DNA of 18,620 nucleotides from Candidatus Krumholzibacteriia bacterium. Lineage in GTDB: Bacteria; Krumholzibacteriota; Krumholzibacteriia; WVZY01. Shown piece by piece: positions 15,292 to 18,620 of this stretch. The stretch is from contig JBHHVD010000065.1 in assembly GCA_046754105.1 (NCBI GenBank), forward strand, positions 1 to 18,620. The letters are read 5' to 3'. Below the pieces are notes generated by a model that saw only the letters and a list, made by a program, of their open reading frames with translations, was not told the DNA's origin and ran no database searches. Within the stretch, counting starts at the first letter, position 1; every line of letters starts with the position of its first letter. The position numbers and the translations under genes are program-made.

Positions 15292-16656
15292 ATGCGTACC
15301 CACGGCTTGCGGCGCCACAGGGTGGTTATCGTCGGTGGCGGGTTCGGCGGTCTCTACGCGGCGAGGTATCTCGGCCCGGCCGGCGTCGACGTGACGGTGG
15401 TCGACAAGCGAAACTTCCACCTCTTCCAGCCGCTGCTATACCAGGTCGCCACCGGAGGTCTCTCCCCCGGCGACATTTCCTCCCCCCTGCGCGGGGTTCT
15501 CAAACGTCGCGCCCGCGTGTGGCAGGCCGAGGCGACGGGTTTGAACGTCACGCGGCGTGAAGTCGTTCTCCGTGACGGCAGGGTACCCTACGACACCCTG
15601 GTCCTCGCCACCGGGGTGAGCCACGATTACTTCGGCAACGACACCTGGGCAAAGAACGCCCGCGGCCTAAAGTCGATCGAGGACGCGCTGGATATCCGGC
15701 GCCGGATTTTTCTCGCCTTCGAAGTGGCCGAACGGGAGGCGGACCCCGGCCGGCGCCAGGCGTGGACGACGTTCGCCGTCATCGGCGGCGGGCCGACCGG
15801 CGTGGAGTTGGCGGGCGCGCTGGCCGAGCTCGCCCACCGCACGCTCAAGGACAATTTCCGCAACGCCGTCCCCGAGCATTCACAGATCCATCTCGTCGAA
15901 GCGATGGAGCGGGTGCTCCCGCAGTTTCCGCCGTCCCTGTCCGTGAAAGCGGAACGGGCCCTCGCGCGCCTCGGCGTCACGGTTCGGACCCACACACGCG
16001 TGACCTCCATCGACGAGTCGGGGCTGACGTTGAGAAGCACCGCCACTGCGGCCTCGCTGAAGAGTGCGGAGACGTGGACCCCGAAGAAAAACGGCGCCGC
16101 GCAAGAGAGGCTGGACGCGCGGACGGTGCTGTGGGCGGCGGGTGTCAGAGCGTCCCCTCTGGGTGCCGTGCTCGCCAAGGAAACCGGTGCTTCGCTCGAC
16201 CGCGCGGGCCGCGTATGGGTCGAACCCGACCTCACGGTTCCCGGTCACCCGGAGATCTTCGTCATCGGTGATCTCGCCGTCCTCAGACATCGGGGAGAAA
16301 CGACGCTGCCGGGGATCGCGCCGGTCGCGATGCAGCAGGGCCGCTACGTCGCGCGGCTCATCACGAGACGGCTCCAAAGCCGGACCGCTCGCCCGTTCCA
16401 GTACAGAGACAAGGGCACACTCGCAGTCATCGGGCGCAACCGCGCCGTCGCCGATTTCAAGCGGCTGCGCGTTGCGGGCTACCCCGCGTGGCTTACCTGG
16501 CTCTTCGTGCACATCTGGTATCTGATCGGATTCGACAACAAGCTGCTGGTGATGATCCAGTGGGCGTTCGATTACCTGACGCGAAAACGCGGGGCCCGCC
16601 TGATCACCGGCGAGGGCCCGCCGCCACCGGCGGATTCCTCGGACCAGGCGGAGTAA
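15292..16656 (+). CDS. ndh: Type II NADH:quinone oxidoreductase (NDH-2), ~454 aa
   Basis: VVIVGGGFGGL, HLFQPLLYQVATG, second Rossmann IGGGPTGVELAG followed by LVEA, WAAGV, IGD, quinone-site AMQQG, YRDKG, C-terminal WL.W..VH membrane anchor. Confidence 0.92.
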   Translation: MRTHGLRRHRVVIVGGGFGGLYAARYLGPAGVDVTVVDKRNFHLFQPLLYQVATGGLSPGDISSPLRGVLKRRARVWQAEATGLNVTRREVVLRDGRVPYDTLVLATGVSHDYFGNDTWAKNARGLKSIEDALDIRRRIFLAFEVAEREADPGRRQAWTTFAVIGGGPTGVELAGALAELAHRTLKDNFRNAVPEHSQIHLVEAMERVLPQFPPSLSVKAERALARLGVTVRTHTRVTSIDESGLTLRSTATAASLKSAETWTPKKNGAAQERLDARTVLWAAGVRASPLGAVLAKETGASLDRAGRVWVEPDLTVPGHPEIFVIGDLAVLRHRGETTLPGIAPVAMQQGRYVARLITRRLQSRTARPFQYRDKGTLAVIGRNRAVADFKRLRVAGYPAWLTWLFVHIWYLIGFDNKLLVMIQWAFDYLTRKRGARLITGEGPPPPADSSDQAE

Positions 16657-16668
16657 CGGCGTTTTCTT

Positions 16669-16697
16669 TTGAACCCTTGCGGGCGCTCGTGTACGAT
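16669..16697 (+). promoter_or_regulatory. Candidate sigma70-type promoter for cobO
   Basis: TTGAAC (16669-16674)-N17-TACGAT (16692-16697), preceded by a T-rich tract. Confidence 0.5.
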
Positions 16698-16751
16698 GTG
16701 TGTCACGACGGAGCGCGCATCGGGCCGCAAGCGACAAAGGTACGGCGATAC

Positions 16752-17345
16752 GTGGACACCGGAAAGAAAGACAACGAGAGCAAGGGCGCCGGAGGGACCA
16801 CCCGCCGCAAGCGGGGTGGAAATAAGCGTATCGGCCTCATTATCGTCCACACCGGCAACGGCAAGGGCAAGACGACGGCGGCCCTCGGCACGGCCCTTCG
16901 TGCCGTCGGATGCGGGTTCAAAGTTTTCATGGTCCAGTTCATCAAGGGCTCGTGGGATTACGGCGAGCTGCACGCCGCGGAAAAGCTGGCGCCCAACCTC
17001 GAGATCAAGCCGATGGGCGAGGGGTTTACCTGGGAAACAAAAAATAAGAAACGTGACCGGGAGGTCGCCTACAAGGCCTGGGATTTTTGCAGGGGCCTCA
17101 TCGAGGCGGGCGGGCACGACCTGCTGATTTTCGACGAGATCAACAACGCGCTGGACTACGGTTACCTGGATATCGGCGACGTGCTGGCCGCGCTGGAGAA
17201 AAAGCCCCCGGAGATGCACGTGATCCTCACCGGACGCAACGCCCCCCAGCAGTTGATCGACGCCGCCCATCTCGTCACCGAGATGCGCGAGGTCAAGCAT
17301 CCGTTCCACGAGGGCATCTACGCGCAGAAGGGGATAGAATTCTAA
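16752..17345 (+). CDS. cobO: Cob(I)yrinic acid a,c-diamide / cob(I)alamin adenosyltransferase (CobO/BtuR/CobA family), ~197 aa
   Basis: HTGNGKGKTTAALG, VQFIKG, GEGFTW, DEIN, ILTGR.AP, LVTEM..VKHPF..G..AQKGIEF. The GTG 16752 start is inferred. Confidence 0.92.
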   Translation: MDTGKKDNESKGAGGTTRRKRGGNKRIGLIIVHTGNGKGKTTAALGTALRAVGCGFKVFMVQFIKGSWDYGELHAAEKLAPNLEIKPMGEGFTWETKNKKRDREVAYKAWDFCRGLIEAGGHDLLIFDEINNALDYGYLDIGDVLAALEKKPPEMHVILTGRNAPQQLIDAAHLVTEMREVKHPFHEGIYAQKGIEF

Positions 17346-17347
17346 GA

Positions 17348-17379
17348 GAAGGCCGGGCTGCGCTGGCAACCCGGCCTTC
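17348..17379 (-). terminator. GC-rich hairpin between convergent cobO and the small membrane-protein gene (possibly bidirectional terminator)
   Basis: gaaggccggg...cccggccttc forms a perfect 10-bp stem, extended to 14 bp with one G-U on the - strand (loop CAGC). The U-tail is weak. Confidence 0.6.
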
Positions 17380-17402
17380 GGTACAACGGTTCAAATCGTC
17401 CC

Positions 17403-17582
17403 TTAGAAAAGGGCGTAGATGAACGGCGCGAGAGCGGATCCTTCGGTAAAAACGATCAGAATGCCCAGCGCCAGAAGAAAGAAGAAAATCGGTCCGAGCC
17501 ACCATTTCTTGCGCACGCGCATGAACACCCACAGCTCGCCGAAGATGCTGAATTTCGCAAAAAAGTGCTTAATGGCCTTCAT
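17403..17582 (-). CDS. 59-aa single-TM microprotein, SxtK-like / DUF5989 family (not in the ORF track)
   Basis: My translation: MKAIKHFFAKFSIFGELWVFMRVRKKWWLGPIFFFLLALGILIVFTEGSALAPFIYALF*. The RKKWWL.P...GS..APFIY.LF signature is recognised from memory. SD GGGAG upstream. Confidence 0.88.
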   Translation of the reverse strand: MKAIKHFFAKFSIFGELWVFMRVRKKWWLGPIFFFLLALGILIVFTEGSALAPFIYALF

Positions 17583-17638
17583 ACCGCTCCCTGGGGTTTG
17601 ATAGTTCGGGCCGGGCTCCCCCCGGCCGCTAAACGGCT

Positions 17639-17667
17639 ATTATACCAGACAATCAGGGTGTTGTCCA
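17639..17667 (-). promoter_or_regulatory. Near-consensus sigma70 promoter for the microprotein gene
   Basis: TGGACA (17667-17662)-N17-TATAAT (17644-17639) with extended -10 TGg. Confidence 0.75.
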
Positions 17668-17726
17668 GCGGGCCGTTCGTACCGTTGTGTTGGAGCCGGC
17701 GGAGACACCCAAACGAGGAGTCTGAG

Positions 17727-18518
17727 ATGGATCTGCAGTTGAACGGCAAAGTGGCCGCCGTCGCGGCGGCCAGCCAGGGCCTGGGATTTGCCTGCGCGCT
17801 CGAGCTCGCCCGCGAGGGCGGCCGCGTCGGCATCTGCTCGCGGAGCGAGGCCAACCTCGGGGCCGCGGCGGAGCGTATCACCGGGGAAACGGGGGCCGAA
17901 GTGTTCACGCACGTAACCGACGTCTCGGACACCGGGGCGGCCGCGGGGTTCGTGAACGCCGTCGCCGGGAATCTCGGTGGCGTGGATATTCTCGTCACCA
18001 ACGCGGGCGGCCCGCCGCCCGGCGGCTACGCCGACGTCGACACGGAGAAGCTCGAGCGGGGGTTTCGTCTCACCATGATGAGTACCATCGCCATGATGCA
18101 GGCGGCGATCCCGCACATGCGCCGCGGGAAGTGGGGCCGCATCGTCAACGTGCTCTCCATCACCGCCAAGCAGCCCGAGACCAACTTGCTCGTGTCCAAC
18201 ACGATGCGCGCGGGCCTCGTCGGCTACACAAAATCCGTCTCGCAGGAACTGGCCGCGGACAACGTGCTCGTCAATAACGTAGCGCCGGGATACACGCGGA
18301 CCGAGCGTCTCGACGAGCTGGCCACAAGCCTGGCGAAAACGAACCGGCAGTCCACCGAGGAGGTCTACGCAGGCTGGGAAGAGCACATTCCGATGCGGCG
18401 GCTCGGCCGGCCGGAGGAATTGGGCCGTGTCGTTGCCTTCTTGTCGTCGGAAGCGGCCAGCTACGTGACGGGGGTGACGATCCAGGTGGACGGCGGGTTC
18501 GTGAAAGGGCTGCTGTAG
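17727..18518 (+). CDS. Short-chain dehydrogenase/reductase (atypical FabG-like subgroup), 263 aa
   Basis: SD GAGGAG. AAASQGLG, DILVTNAGGPP, GRIVNVLS, SNTMRAGL in place of YxxxK, NNVAPG..T.R, IPMRRLGRPEE, YVTG..IQVDGG. Confidence 0.9.
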   Translation: MDLQLNGKVAAVAAASQGLGFACALELAREGGRVGICSRSEANLGAAAERITGETGAEVFTHVTDVSDTGAAAGFVNAVAGNLGGVDILVTNAGGPPPGGYADVDTEKLERGFRLTMMSTIAMMQAAIPHMRRGKWGRIVNVLSITAKQPETNLLVSNTMRAGLVGYTKSVSQELAADNVLVNNVAPGYTRTERLDELATSLAKTNRQSTEEVYAGWEEHIPMRRLGRPEELGRVVAFLSSEAASYVTGVTIQVDGGFVKGLL

Positions 18519-18523
18519 GGCTC

Positions 18524-18537
18524 GTCAACATGTTGAC
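18524..18537. promoter_or_regulatory. Perfect 14-bp palindrome, candidate operator
   Basis: GTCAACATGTTGAC, 5 nt after the SDR stop, overlapping a TTGACA at 18533-18538. Confidence 0.4.
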
Positions 18538-18620
18538 AAACTAGCCTCAATGCGTCAAAAGGATCGCCGGTGTGGTTGGGCCGGGCGCGTAAGGACGGGG
18601 GCGCTCCGGCTCAAACAGTC

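Noticed and set aside
16657..16751. Cobalamin riboswitch upstream of cobO
   Set aside because: The spacer is only 95 nt, much of it promoter, and I see no B12-box or GGGAA/GCCACTG core.
17403..17582. Saxitoxin biosynthesis implied by the SxtK-like gene
   Set aside because: No other sxt genes are present, and this family is widespread outside toxin clusters.

Overview
GC-rich bacterial chromosomal window with no mobile element, CRISPR array, rRNA or tRNA seen. The FlgD-Ig/T9SS-type C-terminal sorting domain suggests an FCB-superphylum lineage such as Krumholzibacteriota or Latescibacterota (inference). The left half is a near-complete futalosine-pathway menaquinone cluster: nrnA-like DHH phosphoesterase, then mqnP, ubiX, ubiD, mqnE, mqnA and mqnC on +. 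mqnD lies on -, separated from mqnC by a secreted 7-repeat beta-propeller protein. mqnB/MTAN and the menG/ubiE methyltransferase are absent from the window. The right half holds udk coupled to an EamA transporter, an orphan PAS histidine kinase behind a consensus sigma54 promoter, divergent nifS/iscS and ndh (NDH-2), cobO/btuR, a 59-aa SxtK/DUF5989-like membrane microprotein missed by the ORF track (with its own promoter, RBS and hairpin), and an atypical SDR. I cannot demonstrate a wholly new system. The best leads are the stand-alone microprotein unit, the sigma54-driven orphan kinase, the GATTCGCC motif around mqnD/udk, the propeller protein inside the mqn cluster and the structured intergenic regions within the mqn operon.
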